From Zygnema circumcarinatum SAG 698-1b (taxonomy: Eukaryota > Plantae > Zygnematophyceae): a DNA stretch of 64,000 nucleotides. The stretch is from the NCBI GenBank assembly GCA_037447605.1, contig CM074818.1:1314617-1378616 (forward strand), given 5' to 3'. Position 1 is the first letter of the stretch. Every line of letters starts with the position of its first letter. This document shows, in pieces, positions 12,336-24,900 of this stretch. Below the pieces are notes generated by a model. That model saw nothing but the letters and a program-made list of their open reading frames with translations, made no database searches and was not told the DNA's origin. The position numbers and the translations under genes are program-made.

Positions 12336-13419
12336 CGCATGCTACGCATGCTGTTGCTTAGTGGCAGGAACTGACTGAAACGATTGGACAGGGAAGTGGA
12401 AAGTAAAACGTCCATTGTCTTTTCAGCGGTCACTTCTAACGTCCTTGTTTCGACCAGTTTTGTTTGTTGGGGGTTGAATAAAGAGGGCGCGAACCCCCTC
12501 CAAGCCGTGTGCTGGATACCCTCTGGAGGTTCTTTCTAAGGATGAACCAAAGCACAAGCCTATTGTGGTAGTCCTTAAGCGCGTGCTGTGATGTGATGTT
12601 GTTCAATATAGCCTTCAGTTACAGTTACCGATTTTTTGCTGGAATTGCTGTGGTAACCGATATGGCGGTTCTTCCTTAATTTGACAAAAAACTAGTTACA
12701 TAACTGGAGGACTTAACTATATCATAATCTTAATGTTATAAGTGCAACAGGCGAAAAAATATCGACTAGCTTTCTCCTGCGCTTGGGGCTGTCAGTCTTG
12801 GCAGTCTTCGGAAAAAGAAAGGGACATAGGGTAAAGTATACTTCGAAACTAGTACGTGTTGTGTTGTGTCGTGTCGTGTCACGTACTAGTACTAGTACAT
12901 GTCTCCCCCTCTTTGTAATTTACAAGTGGAAGTTGGCCTCGTGTGCCATTGCAGCAATCGCTCCGCGCACAACACTATGAGCTAAAGGGCGTTCGCCACC
13001 GTGCGCGCATTGAAGAAGATGGACGCCCTGCACATCGATCAAACCCCCACAAACACAACACGGAGAACCCTGCAAAGGGGGGGGGTGGGGGAGCCCCAGA
13101 ACGAAGTCGCGCTACAAGCTGAAACTGGTCCGGGGTCAAACGTAGGATGGAAAATATCGGAAACGAGTACTACTTTCGAATCAAGTCTCCAGACAAGGCC
13201 CCTACGCTTGTTAGGGCTTGTCAATCTTGAGAAGGGAAATAACTTCGAAAGGACAGGATATGATCTCACGATGCAAGATCTAACTTCAAAAGTGGTTCGC
13301 ACTAAAAATTCAGAATAGGTAGACGACACCTCCATATTCTTCAATATGGACAAGAGTTTTCAAACAAAAAATTTAAATATGGAAACTCGAGGGTGCGTTA
13401 GAATATCCATCCCTATTCG

Positions 13420-13702
13420 TGACCCACCCAACCATTGCCAAAGACACCGCAACGATTGGGTCCTATGGTTGCAGTCCTTGGCAATGGTTGGCTCGGTAGT
13501 CAGCCAATGGTTGGGTGGGTCGCGAATCCATGGTTCAATAATGGTTGCAGTCAATTGGCAATAGGTAGGGTGGGTCGCCTGCCAATCGTTGCAACCATTG
13601 CCAATGATTGATTGGGTCGCGAATCAATGGTGCCATTGGTGCGTAACCATTGAAATCCAATTACTGCCAACCATTGGATCCAATGGTTGCAAGCATTGGC
13701 GA
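13420..13702. repeat. CAACCATTG/CAATGGTTG repeat-family patch upstream of LSG1, with internal inverted repeats
   Basis: ATTCGTGACCCACCCAACCATTG pairs with CAATGGTTGGGTGGGTCGCGAAT. Shares TTGGGTCsCGAATCAATGG with ~52120-52140. Confidence 0.8.
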
Positions 13703-14027
13703 TACTGTACTGAATATGAGGGTTTGCAGGATACTTCCTTCAGGAAGGTCGCAGGTCTTGCCCTCCCTTCTCCCTCCCTCCCTTCCCCCCTGGGAAAGCC
13801 GCGCTTCATCCTCCTGCTTCCGGAGCCGGCCGGTCAGGCTCAGGGGGCCCTCGCGCTTGCCTGCTGTGCTCCAACTCCCTTTGCTCGCCCCGTTCAGGCC
13901 CCGGCTGCTCTCAGACTCTACAAGAATTCAGCCCCTGTACGACTTGACATACATTCTTCAAAATTACACCAAGATTTGAAAGAATTTCTTGCCGCATCAG
14001 CATACCGCGCCTGAAAAGCTCAGCGAG

Positions 14028-17000
14028 ATGCCGGCACGCAAGAAGGATGCGGGCGCCGTCGGAGCCGCTCTCCTGAAGCGCCAGCAGAAGCGAACAGATG
14101 CTCACAAGCAGGCGGTCGCGGGGCCCCCCGCGCTAGAGTCCTCGGTGGAGCGGAGCGACCTGGACGAGCTCCTCAGCACTGCGCTTTTGGCTGACAGGGA
14201 CTTCGCCGCGGAGCGAGGAGCGCCGCAGGTGGTGCTTAACAAGTGAGCAAGCGCTGCTTAGACGGTATTTGAATTATCTCAATTAGTGTTCGTCTGTGAA
14301 CCTCTGGAGAAGACTTAGCCTTGTCAGGTTAGGTGTATGAGCAAAGTGATGATGGCGGTGATATTGTTTACTCAACCCAACATTGGCCCGCAATTGGCTA
14401 AGCCCTTTCAAATGAGGACAGTACATGTGTCCGGCAGAAAAGCTGTTTTTTTTTATTTATTTATTGACATAACCCCCTCGTTTTGCATGGCTCTCTGGTA
14501 CACAGTGAGGTACAGGGTGTATTCTCAGGGTTGGGACCTCGGGAGCGAAGAGAGCTACAGCTGGCAGAAGAGAGTCTGCACCTTGAACATTTAACAATTC
14601 CGAGAAGGTTGTGCTTCGCACCTGAGTCGTTTTCTTAGCTGGGACGCGCGTTTACTCAAAAGGGCATACAATATCTCTCTTGCAAAGTGGCCCTTTTGTG
14701 CAGTCTTATTACCGCTCAAAATATAAAACCCTTGGTATTTGCTTAAGTTTTGTGTCTTGATTACCAAAAGCCCTGTTTTGTATTGTGATCGAATTAAGCA
14801 ACAATGGAAAGCGTAGTCTGATTCTTGAAGCGAGGGAAGTGATGCATGAGCAGGCCTCCATGGCACTCGCACATGTCAGCAGAGGAAGTGGATGCGCAAG
14901 AGCGGAAGGCCTTTTTGGAGTGGCGCAGAGGCCTGGCAAGGTTAGTGTTCAAGCGCCGGCTGTCAGTCCCACTGTTCCACTGTCCCACTCTCCTGGCCGG
15001 GCTGGCAATGCACATGTGCGCATCTGGGGTACTGGACGAATTGAACTTTGGATGTTTTGCACGAAGGCTTTGCACGGAGGCTTTGCACGGAGGCTTTGCA
15101 CGGCAGTGGGAGGCAGTCTCCTTGTAATTCATTTCTTTGGATGGAACCTCATTCTTTGGCCATACGAAAGTTGCAACTAGAGTGCAGGACTGCCATAGTT
15201 GTAAAAGTGCAACCCTGCAAAGCGCTTGATAATTAGGACCTTTTCGGGACGTGTGGGTGCTCTTACTGTGTTGCTCTCAAGGAGTGCTTCTGACAATCGG
15301 GAAGATTGCTTGGGAGATAGCAAACCGGCTAACTGTAATGAAATTGGAGAGCAGGTTGGAGGAAAATGAAAAATTGATCCTTACGCCATTTGAGAAAAAT
15401 CTTGACATTTGGCGACAGTTATGGAGGGTATTGGAGAGGAGCGATGTGGTGAGTGGCTGCTTGGCAAATGAGATGCAGAATAAACCGTCACCAGAGCCTG
15501 TTTGATTTAAGAAGGTGGCTGTGGGATAGGCAGTTGAATAATATAAAATTTGGACTACAAAGGGACATTCGATAAGTTTGAACAATTTCAGTTTTTGCCA
15601 ACAGATTAGAGGGACGCGTCTTCAGTTTTTATTAACGGCTAGTGTGGCTGGATACTGATGGAGCAGGTTGTGGCAGTTGTTGATGCCAGAAACCCACTTT
15701 TCTACCGTTGCCCAGATTTAGAGGTGAGTTTCTCACCTTAGATCCCAACCATATACGAAGTGTAACTCAATGCATAGTCGCGCCCTCGGCCCCCCTTTCT
15801 CCACTTTTCAAGAAGAAACAGTCGCATGGTCCTTGTCGATTAGAGGTCGAACCTTCATCGTTGCTCCGTCTCAAATGTTTGTAGAGTTGGCGCCTTGTTC
15901 TGCACCTTTTGCTGCTTCCTTGGTAGCTATTTCTGGGGTTGAGGCAGATTGCTACAGATAAAAGTCACTAGCAAATATTATGCAAAGTAGGGAGAAACTT
16001 GAAGATTTATCGTGGGTAAATACGGGCATCATACCATCATGGACGAGTGTTTCCAGTTTTCAAATCGCTAGTATAGCCCTTCACATGCGAGACAGAACTG
16101 TTGTCCAAGCTATTAAGAAAGAAAAATTGATATAATAAATACACCAAAAAAAATGCTTGAAGGTTGTTTGGAATGGAGATGAAGTGTTAGATCTCAATCG
16201 TTAATGTTTTCCTCTCTCATTGAATTGTTGAACTTATGAAAACTTGTTTCATGGAAACCATACTGAATTTGGATGACTCCATGTCATCGGACGGCTGTGA
16301 ATTTTTAAAAAGGGCCCTTTCAATAGCTGATGATTATCGTTTAGGGTTGGAGAAAAACGCTTCGAGTGTCTCAGAGAATGCACCTATCACGAGCAGCCTG
16401 TTGTGGCTCAGTTAACTTTGAAAGTAAGCATTGCGAGCGCTTAAGTCATGAGAGGAGGCTGGGTGCAGGCCAGCGTTCGTGACCTGGACCCTTGCAAGCG
16501 CTTTACTCTATTGCTCAACAAGGCTGACTTACTGCCACTCCCTGCCAGGTAAGCTGCTGCAATGTTTAACATTGCCGTAGAATCTACTTCGTCAATAATA
16601 GCGTAATATAAATCCTCGCAAGAATGTTCTGCGTTTGAAAGGAAGTAAAGAAAAAAATTATGATTACTTTCGTAATATGCCGCTTTTGGGCCCAAGCGTA
16701 GTCATAGACGTTGATGGATGCTTAGTCGCTTTGTGCAGGAGGCAATGGGCGGCCTATTTCAAGAAGTCGGGTATAGGCTGTTTCTTTTGGTCAGCAAAGC
16801 AGGCAACTGCTATCCTTGAGGGAAAGGCCAGTCTGCAAGTGCCTGAGAGTGGAGCAGCTCACAGTGATGAAGAGGAAACCGATGATACGCGGGTGTTGGG
16901 TCGCGATGAGCTTCTTGAAAGACTGGAGGCGGAAGCCATGGCTGTGCTGGCCGAGAGAAATTCCTTGGCTGACGAGGGGGGCATGGACGCAATGACACCT

Positions 17001-18047
17001 GATGCTGAGCGAACATCAGCAAATGTTAGAGGAAAGCGCATGGCAGTAGTGGGATTTGTGGGTTATCCCAACGTCGGAAAAAGCTCCACTGTCAATGCTT
17101 TAGTCGGACAGAAGAGGACAGGAGTTACTTCCACGCCGGGCAAAACAAAACACTTTCAAACACTTCATATCAGCGAGTCTCTCATGCTGTGTGACTGCCC
17201 TGGGCTCGTCTTCCCGTCCTTCACAACCTCAAGGTCTGAAATGGTAGCAGCAGGAGTCCTGCCAATTGATCGAATTACAGACCACCGAGGTCCTGTGGAA
17301 GTAGTGGCAGAGAGAGTTCCCCGCCATGTACTGGAAACAACCTACGGCATTGTGCTACCGAAACCTGCACCCCATGAGCCCCCTGGGCGCCTTCCCACCG
17401 CTGCAGAACTTCTGCGAGCCTATGCTCGTTCTCGAGGCTATGTAGTGGCCAGTGGGCTGCCGGACGAGACAAGAGCATCTCGACTAATTTTGAAGGACTA
17501 TCTGAATGGGCACTTGCTGGACTACCGGTTGCCTCCATCTGAGGAAGGAACGACTTTGAAGTCCACTGGCAGGGAGGGGGGAATGGAGGGGGACGATGGA
17601 GGTTCGGGGGGAAATGAGGAGGAGGGAAGCGAATGGGAGACCGACGAGGAGGGTGACAGCGCTGAGGAGGCCGAATGCAACCCTAGGAAGGATGAGCTGA
17701 ATGGGGGTAGTGAGAGGGGAATAGGACGGGAGGTGGAGTCTGGCGAAGCGGCAACCCATGGGCAGGACGAGAGGTTTCGAAAAGACACCATGGCTGTCTT
17801 GGATGATTTCGATTCTTTTAGTCTGACGGGAGGCAATCCTCGCAGGCAGAAACAACCTGTGAGGGCGGCACATAAGTTGCATATGAAGGGTCCGCGCAGG
17901 AAAGACAGAACGTGGCGGGTGGGGCATGGAGGCAATGATGACAGCGATGGGATGCCCCTCGTGAGGGGCGTTCTGAAACCGCTCAGCTATGGGGCTGCCT
18001 CGTTTGCAACGGTGCTGCCCAAGGACCGCCATTTGGTGGGCAAGTAA
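14028..18047 (+). CDS. LSG1: Large-subunit GTPase 1 (circularly permuted YlqF/YawG-family GTPase, 60S biogenesis), ~7 exons
   Basis: RPPW...FLEWRRGLA, TPFEKNLDIWRQLWRVLERSD, LLNKADLL (G4), GYPNVGKSS (G1), TPGKTKHFQT, DCPG (G3). Confidence 0.95.
15065..15103 (+). repeat. 13-bp intronic tandem repeat x3 (AGGCTTTGCACGG)
   Basis: Directly visible in an LSG1 intron. Confidence 0.9.
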
Positions 18048-19898
18048 AGGACAGGCTTTTTGTCTGCGCTTCTCCCTGTTGAAGGCCGATCGTCCAACCG
18101 ATCACTACTCTCTTGTATCAAAAAGTCCTCAGTCAAGCTCCCTTGATGTTGAGCGATCTGTTAGAATTGAACATGATGGTGATAGAATAATGCCTTCCTG
18201 GAAGTTGGAAGAGCCTTTGTATGTGCCTGTGCCTGTATCTCATTCTGTGCTGGTTACATTACATCCTCGTGTGCTGTGAGGTATGCAGATATATAGCGTG
18301 TCTTGAGTCATATACCGCAACCCAACGGACAGGGGAAACTGCAAATGTGTTACTCGCATTCTTGTGCGCAATTCCAAGGATGTGACTTGTCAGGAGGTTC
18401 AGTTCTACAGTTGAAACCCTTCAGGTTACAGAGAACTTGGTAACACGAGTCCCTATGAAAGCACAACAGAACAAAGTCGAATGCAACGCTGTGAAACTCA
18501 CAGCACACAAGGGCAGATGGTAGTCTCCTATTGCCAGCCCAGCAAAAAGAGCAATGGATAATTCAGAAGGGCTCAGGATCACTCAGTACACGTAAGTGGA
18601 AGCTCGCTAGTTAGCAGTGATTCTAGGTCCACTTGTGGCAAGCACACCACTGCTTCTTGCTCGCCAGCAGCGGGATTAATACGAGGGGGACAGGAGAGGG
18701 CAGTGAGTAAAGCGAGTGCACGATTACAAGACAGCAAATAGCTGGGCAACAAAAAAAAAAAAAATACTTTAATACTTCCAAGCTCACAGGTCACAATTCT
18801 CTGAGACACTTCTATCTATCGCCGGACCAAATAATTCACATCTTAATGGAATTTTGTTCAAATTCAATAGAAAGTGTCATTACCCTGAACACAATTCTTG
18901 GTACCAGGTGGCGGGGCTCAGCCTATGCCTGTAAGCTTGCAGTTTGAAGGCAAATGAGTACAAAAAAACTAAGCAGGTGGGATACCGAATGCTCCAATAT
19001 TCAAATTCCAGTTAACCAATACGTTCTAGTTGCCGTGAAAGCGATGGTTGAGCTCCAAAAATAGCAAAGTAAAAAATGTAAATCTGTACAATAATCTACT
19101 CAAATTCGAAAAAAGAAGGCCATTTCTCTCGTATTGGTGGCTCAACCTCGATAAAACCCAAAAGAAGTCCAAGCCTTAGTCTACGAGACTGGAGACTTGC
19201 AGCTAGTTAGGGCAGGCGAAAAATATTGCCAGCCGGGTACGGTACATAACTGGTAAGACAGCGCGTGCCAATGCTGAGGACTATCCCAGATAAGTCGCAT
19301 TTGTAGGTAAACTCGCAAATCAAATCACAGACCCAAAAAAAAAAGGGGGGGGAAGAAAGGCTTCTGCCTTACAATATTGTGAACTCGCTGTCGAAATAAA
19401 AATGGAAAATTTTTATGTGCGATTAACATGTGACCTTCCAACGCAGCTGAGTACAAAAATTTGAATGTGTGCTTTACTGCAAACAGCCCATAGGGCTTTC
19501 TAATCATTCAATAGGTCAGGAAATCGGCCATACTGTCTAGCGTGCTGGTTATGAGCTTCCTTTGTTGAACAAGGAATATCCAATGAATCACAATGAATTG
19601 TGTCAAAATTTTAACACTGTAACTTCATTCCGAGTAGTGACTAGGCTCATTCCTTCCATCCCAAATTCTTCTTGGAAAACAAGCATCCACGATATTGCTG
19701 TTTTATTGCTCCATTCCTACTGCTGATGCAGCAGACGTACCTTCATCTCCTTGCTAAGTGGAATTGGAGATGCAATTGTGTCCTAAACTTAGCCAGACCT
19801 GCTCCATCTTGAACTTCCCTTCCCAGAAGAGGGCTTCCATTCATCCAGTAATCCTCTCGTTCACAAGGAAATCCGTCCAGTGCTCATAAACATCGGTA

Positions 19899-20468
19899 TC
19901 AAAAATCAGAGCACCTCCCGCCCTTCTCCCAGTCCCCATACCGCGTCGGTTCCGGACCCTTCGGCCCACCTATCTCTCCAGTTTCCTCGTTCCGATGTAT
20001 AATCGGCTCATCCTCCTCCTCTCCCTCTATGTCATCTATCTCAACATCTCGAGGCTCCTGATTACTGCCTTCTACTGCTCCTCTTGTATCGACGGCAGGA
20101 GCAGGGGCGTCACTCGAACCTGAAGCTCCAGATACACTACTGAAGCTCCTGCTACCAAATCCTCCCATAGCATCCAATCCATGGGGGAGGCTGCAGCCAT
20201 GTCCCCGAGCGCCTGCTTTCGCAGAAGAAGATGCTGTCTCCCCCAGACCAAGGAGGGATGAGAGCGAGGATAACAAGGACGGAGAAGCGCCGTTTGCAGC
20301 AAAGCGAGGAGAACCGGCCGCCGTGGACATCGACAAGGTAGAAAAAGAGACTTCCGCACTGGACGGAAGGGCGGAAGAGAAAGCTTGACGAGATGGGTGG
20401 AAAGAGCCTCCGAAAGAGGCGGAGCTGAGGGCGCGAGAGGCTCGCAGAAGGCCGCGTCTCGCAGCCAT
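19899..20468 (-). CDS. SDHAF4: Succinate dehydrogenase assembly factor 4 (DUF1674), mitochondrial, single exon
   Basis: C-terminal [26 protein letters not shown] signature. First in-frame ATG (20468) starts an Arg/Ser/Ala-rich presequence. Confidence 0.92.
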   Translation of the reverse strand: MAARRGLLRASRALSSASFGGSFHPSRQAFSSALPSSAEVSFSTLSMSTAAGSPRFAANGASPSLLSSLSSLLGLGETASSSAKAGARGHGCSLPHGLDAMGGFGSRSFSSVSGASGSSDAPAPAVDTRGAVEGSNQEPRDVEIDDIEGEEEDEPIIHRNEETGEIGGPKGPEPTRYGDWEKGGRCSDF

Positions 20469-21906
20469 GGCGACTCGCAGCCCTGCCCTCGCCAAGCGTC
20501 CGCCCAAGAACGCCTGCGCTTCGTTAGAAGGCTGCCGACGTGTTCCATGTGGAACATTCCAGCGCTGTTGAGGAAATTTTGTGGAACTGGGAAACCATGC
20601 GAACTTGGGTGCTTTGAGATTTCACTTTTGACTGTTGAGCTTCACTCGCCATGAAGAAAAAAAAGGAAGAAGAAAGTGACTTTTTTTTCTTCATTCATGA
20701 TCTAACAAACCCAAAATAGCATCTTTTGAGTTTTTACGGTACAAAAGCTGCAGAGGAGGGCCCCAGAATGGCAGAATACACCTCACTGGTGGAGCCTTCC
20801 TCTGTTGGAAGGGCCATGGCCGGAACCCTCTCTCTGCAGTCGTTGCTGTCACTATTGTTTGTGGGCCCCAAGTGGTCCAAGACTCACTTGCGTCGTCAAA
20901 GAGAAAAATGCACAGGCTTTTGTGTTTGGATTCTATGTTCAAAGTTCGCGAGCACCAAAGGGATAACTGCCAGCACACTCGCACTCCTTACAATTCAACA
21001 CGACAGCGCTTTCAAGCAGTAGAAAGCACCTCAGACCCTCCATTATAACAAAAAAAAAAACCCAACAAAAATATCTTGAGGCCATCAGTGGAGGCCATGG
21101 AACACGTGACATTGAGCTTCCTTTTTTGACACTGTCAGAGACGGAGACGGTAGAGGCCCACCGAGGGGGGGGGGGGAGGGGGGGGGAGCACACACAAGCC
21201 AGCCACAAGCACAAAGCTCATCCGCGAGAGCTGTTGAATGTCGGCAAACGCTGTGCCATCCAAAATCCATTCTGCTCTGCACCATAACGAACAAAGCCCC
21301 TAGAACCAACTGCAATGCACCTGACCGAGATCCCTCCCAGGGAGGCTCGCCGATTGCCCTAACTTGCGCCGCATGACCACTGTCAAAAAGTGTCTTACAC
21401 TGCGACTAAATCTGACCGGCAAGGGGACGGAGGCCTCCCCCGGACCTCCCGCCCTAAGTCGCCATCGTCGGCTGCCTCCGCACCGATTACAGGGGCTGCA
21501 GGCCGGGACAGCTCTATCTATGGGAGCAGATTGCCGCCACTGTTGAAAGAGAGGGTGTCCATCTAGTCGACAATTTTCATTCTTCCGTTTTGGCGACTTC
21601 CTCTCAAAGCATTGTTCCATCATCATCCCCCTCCAAGCACCCTCAAAACAACAAGCTCTCCGGAACATAAACTTCATTCCTCAAGGTAAACACAGTGGAG
21701 CCCGATTTACAATCTTCTCCCATTCGCATCATTCTTCAACGCTCCAACATGCCCTTCTTCATCCGAGATTTGCATAATGATCAGAATGGATGTGAAGTCG
21801 CATCACATTTGAAAACCCAAAAAAGCAAGATCCAAGCCACAGCCCACCACGGCTCCCCTCACCCTTCATTCCTCTCCTTTCCAACACATCACCTCCCCCC
21901 AAGACG

Positions 21907-24900
21907 TCATTGTGCCGCAGCTGCTGAAGCTAAGCTCTCAGCCTGCACCCCCTCCGAGGATGCCGCCGCTGCCCCTCCCGTGCCTCCCCCGGGAGGTCCT
22001 CTCCGAGGGATTCCCCCCACTACCTTCGGCACATACTCCTGCCTCACTTTGCTCCCCACATTCCCACTGCTCCGCTCGCCAGCTCCGGGACCCTGCCGTG
22101 AAGACCCACCTCCCCCCCGGCCTCTTGGCCCCCCCCAGCCTCCCCCCAACCCACTCATTCGCCCCCCAGGTGGCCCCGTCTGCCTGTGCTCTCCCTGCCC
22201 CGGGCTCACTCCCACACTCTCTCTCTGCTGCTGGCGAGGGGCTGCCACTCCAACGGGGGCAGCAGGAGGACCCGGTCTTGGGTTAATGGAGGAGCCTGGG
22301 GGTCCCCCCACGCCATTGGGTGTTCCAGTATTCCTCATCATCCGGGCAGGCCGCCTTGGCCTCTGCTGCTTTCCACCTCCTCCTCCAACAGGGGAGCCTT
22401 GAGGATGACCTGACATTTGGGTGTTTGGAAGCACCCCTCCCTGCATAACTGCAGAAGACTGAACGTTTCCAGGGGGCTGGCGACCACTATACGACTTCAA
22501 CATGTTGGACGATGCAGGAGGAGCTGCGGAAGCCCCTGTGCTGCTGCTGTCACCGAGGCCGAGCTCATCTGGGAATTGAGCCGCCGCATCACTTGATGGG
22601 AAAGAATTGCCCCCAGGAGAGGAAGAGGAGAGTGGGCCGCCTCCCTGGGCTACAGGACCATCCAAAGAGGTTGGCAGCCTAGAGGCCATGTGTGGAGGGG
22701 AGGAGGAGCTACGGGTGGGAGGGTGCAAACCCGGCATTGCAAAGCCTAGAAGAGGAGGTCCGGGAGCAGCACTGCGTACAGGAAGGGCGGCCATTCGAGG
22801 CCAGTGGCGTTTCAGGGACGTCTCCCCACCCTGCATCTGCAGTAACCGCCCTCCTTCCCTTATGAACATCAGGACCTCCTTACAGGGAACCATAACGGTT
22901 TAGGGTTCAAGGATCGTCGACATCATCAGGCATTACGGTGGTTAGAACTTTAAGGTGTTCCCACCTCACTCATTGCCCTACATCGTCAACAGTGTAGGTC
23001 TCCTAGACACTGCTGAGCTGAGACAAGAGATAATGTCCTTCTGCAGCTGCTGACAAGGCAGCAATTACTCTTAACCTATTGTATGCTCATGAAGGATGAA
23101 GGAGCACTAAAAGTTCATGACGGAAAGGTTACCTGGAATGGTGCTGGTAGGTTGTGTTCAAAGGGACCCGAGCCTGACTGTGGCATAGGAACGGTAGGCC
23201 CTGGAGGGGTCCGCTGCTGTGCCAACCCCGGAGATCTCTGTGAAGAGTCCATGGCTGTTCCCACCATTGGCAGCCCTGCCGTGGAAGTAGGACCCAAAGG
23301 AGTGTGCTTCCAATCTGGCTGCTTTCCAGTAGGAAGATATGTCGGTAGATAGCCCATCCCTAGCTGACCAAACTGACCCCCAAATGGGCTCTTTGCGTAC
23401 AGCAATACCGGAGGTCCTGGCAGCCCTGGAAGGCTGGCCGGCATTGGCCCTCCAGGACTCAAAAATGGCCCAGCAAAGCCCTGTGCTGCATAGAAAGAAT
23501 CGGTTGTGTGAGCAGCAGGTGCCCATGTGCCCATACCTGCGAGTCCTAAGGAATGCTCTCCTGCACTGCCGTTCCCCTGAACCCCCAAAAAGCGGCCCTG
23601 TGCCTCCGGGTTGAAGGGGAACATGGGGCCTCCAAGAACATGCCCCATCTCAAAGGGCGGCCCTGACATTGATCCTCCCGGCCTCTGCAGTAACTGTGAG
23701 GTCTGTAAGGCGGGAGAAGATGCGGAAACAGGTGCAGGGGAAGGCTCTAATGATAAGTCTGCGGGCAGAGCTGCCGCCATAGAATCTTCCAGGAGGCCAC
23801 CTTGCCGCAAACCTGCGCCGTAAAAACACAGAGCTACCAAATCAATATGTTTTTTCCAACGCACGTTTCAAGCATGGGCGGTAATCTATTACAGGAATCA
23901 TACGGAAACATTCTGGATTTTCAAAGGGCACTTCAACTCCTGTTATCTCACGTATAAACACCATCAAATTTCGTGCCACTGCATCTGCAAAACAACCTTG
24001 CTGAGACTCGACAATGGCATAGGGCCTGCAAGTTCGTACTGTACTCCCACCTGCAGATGCATTACCGGCAGAAGCAGATTCGGGGAAAGCCTCCGCATCC
24101 GTTGGGAGCAGACTCCCAACACGTGCCAAGTCTATGTCTGCAGCCGCATCCCTATCCTCATTCCGAGTGCTGCCAACAGACTCATCGCTGCTCATTGCTG
24201 CTGCAGCCACTGCAGAAGCAGCTGCCTCTGCCTCTGCATCCGGATCAAGCATCAGCTGCTGCCCTCCAAATCTCGCTCGCTTCAGCCCCGTCTTGCTGCT
24301 GAATGGCATCACCTCTTCTTCTCTTCCCATCCCCACCGACCCTTCACTCGCACTGCTCTCTTGGCCTCTGCCTGAGCGGACAGTCACTGCAGGGAATCCC
24401 GAAAGCACAGAGGGCCCTGCTTGTATAGGCATAGGCAGAGCAGCCGTAACAGCAGTACCTGTCCCTCCCCTCACACAGCACCTATAAGTTCAACTGTCTC
24501 CCACACGCCTGCTGCTGTTATATTGAAGCTCTGATAAGAAGCTGATGTCTTTCATAGACCAGAAATGTTCCACGAGAAACGAGGGATGCTTGTCCAATTC
24601 AAGAAGCTGATTCAACTCACCAAATTGAATGTGGCCGCCTGTGAGAAATGAGGAGATTGAGCCCGCCTCTGAAGCAGGAACGGAAGGGTCAGTGGGTGGC
24701 CCTCCGTGGTTGTGGCTGCTGATGTCAGAGGAAGCCACGCTTGCAGACGGTTGAAGTCGCATATTTGGTCCAATGCTTTCTTCCATCTGAATTTGTGCGA
24801 AACTCACTACCTGCTTTCATCGGAAACCAACCGTCATGAACCTCCCAAGGAACAGTCAGTAAGCAGCCATTGCTCTCTCATTGATCCACAACGACCATTT

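Noticed and set aside
13001-13353. ORFs between SART3 and LSG1
   Set aside because: Non-ATG or antisense starts, no recognisable domain or splice structure.
15724-16468. Intronic C/D snoRNA in the long LSG1 intron
   Set aside because: No properly paired C and D boxes with a terminal stem.
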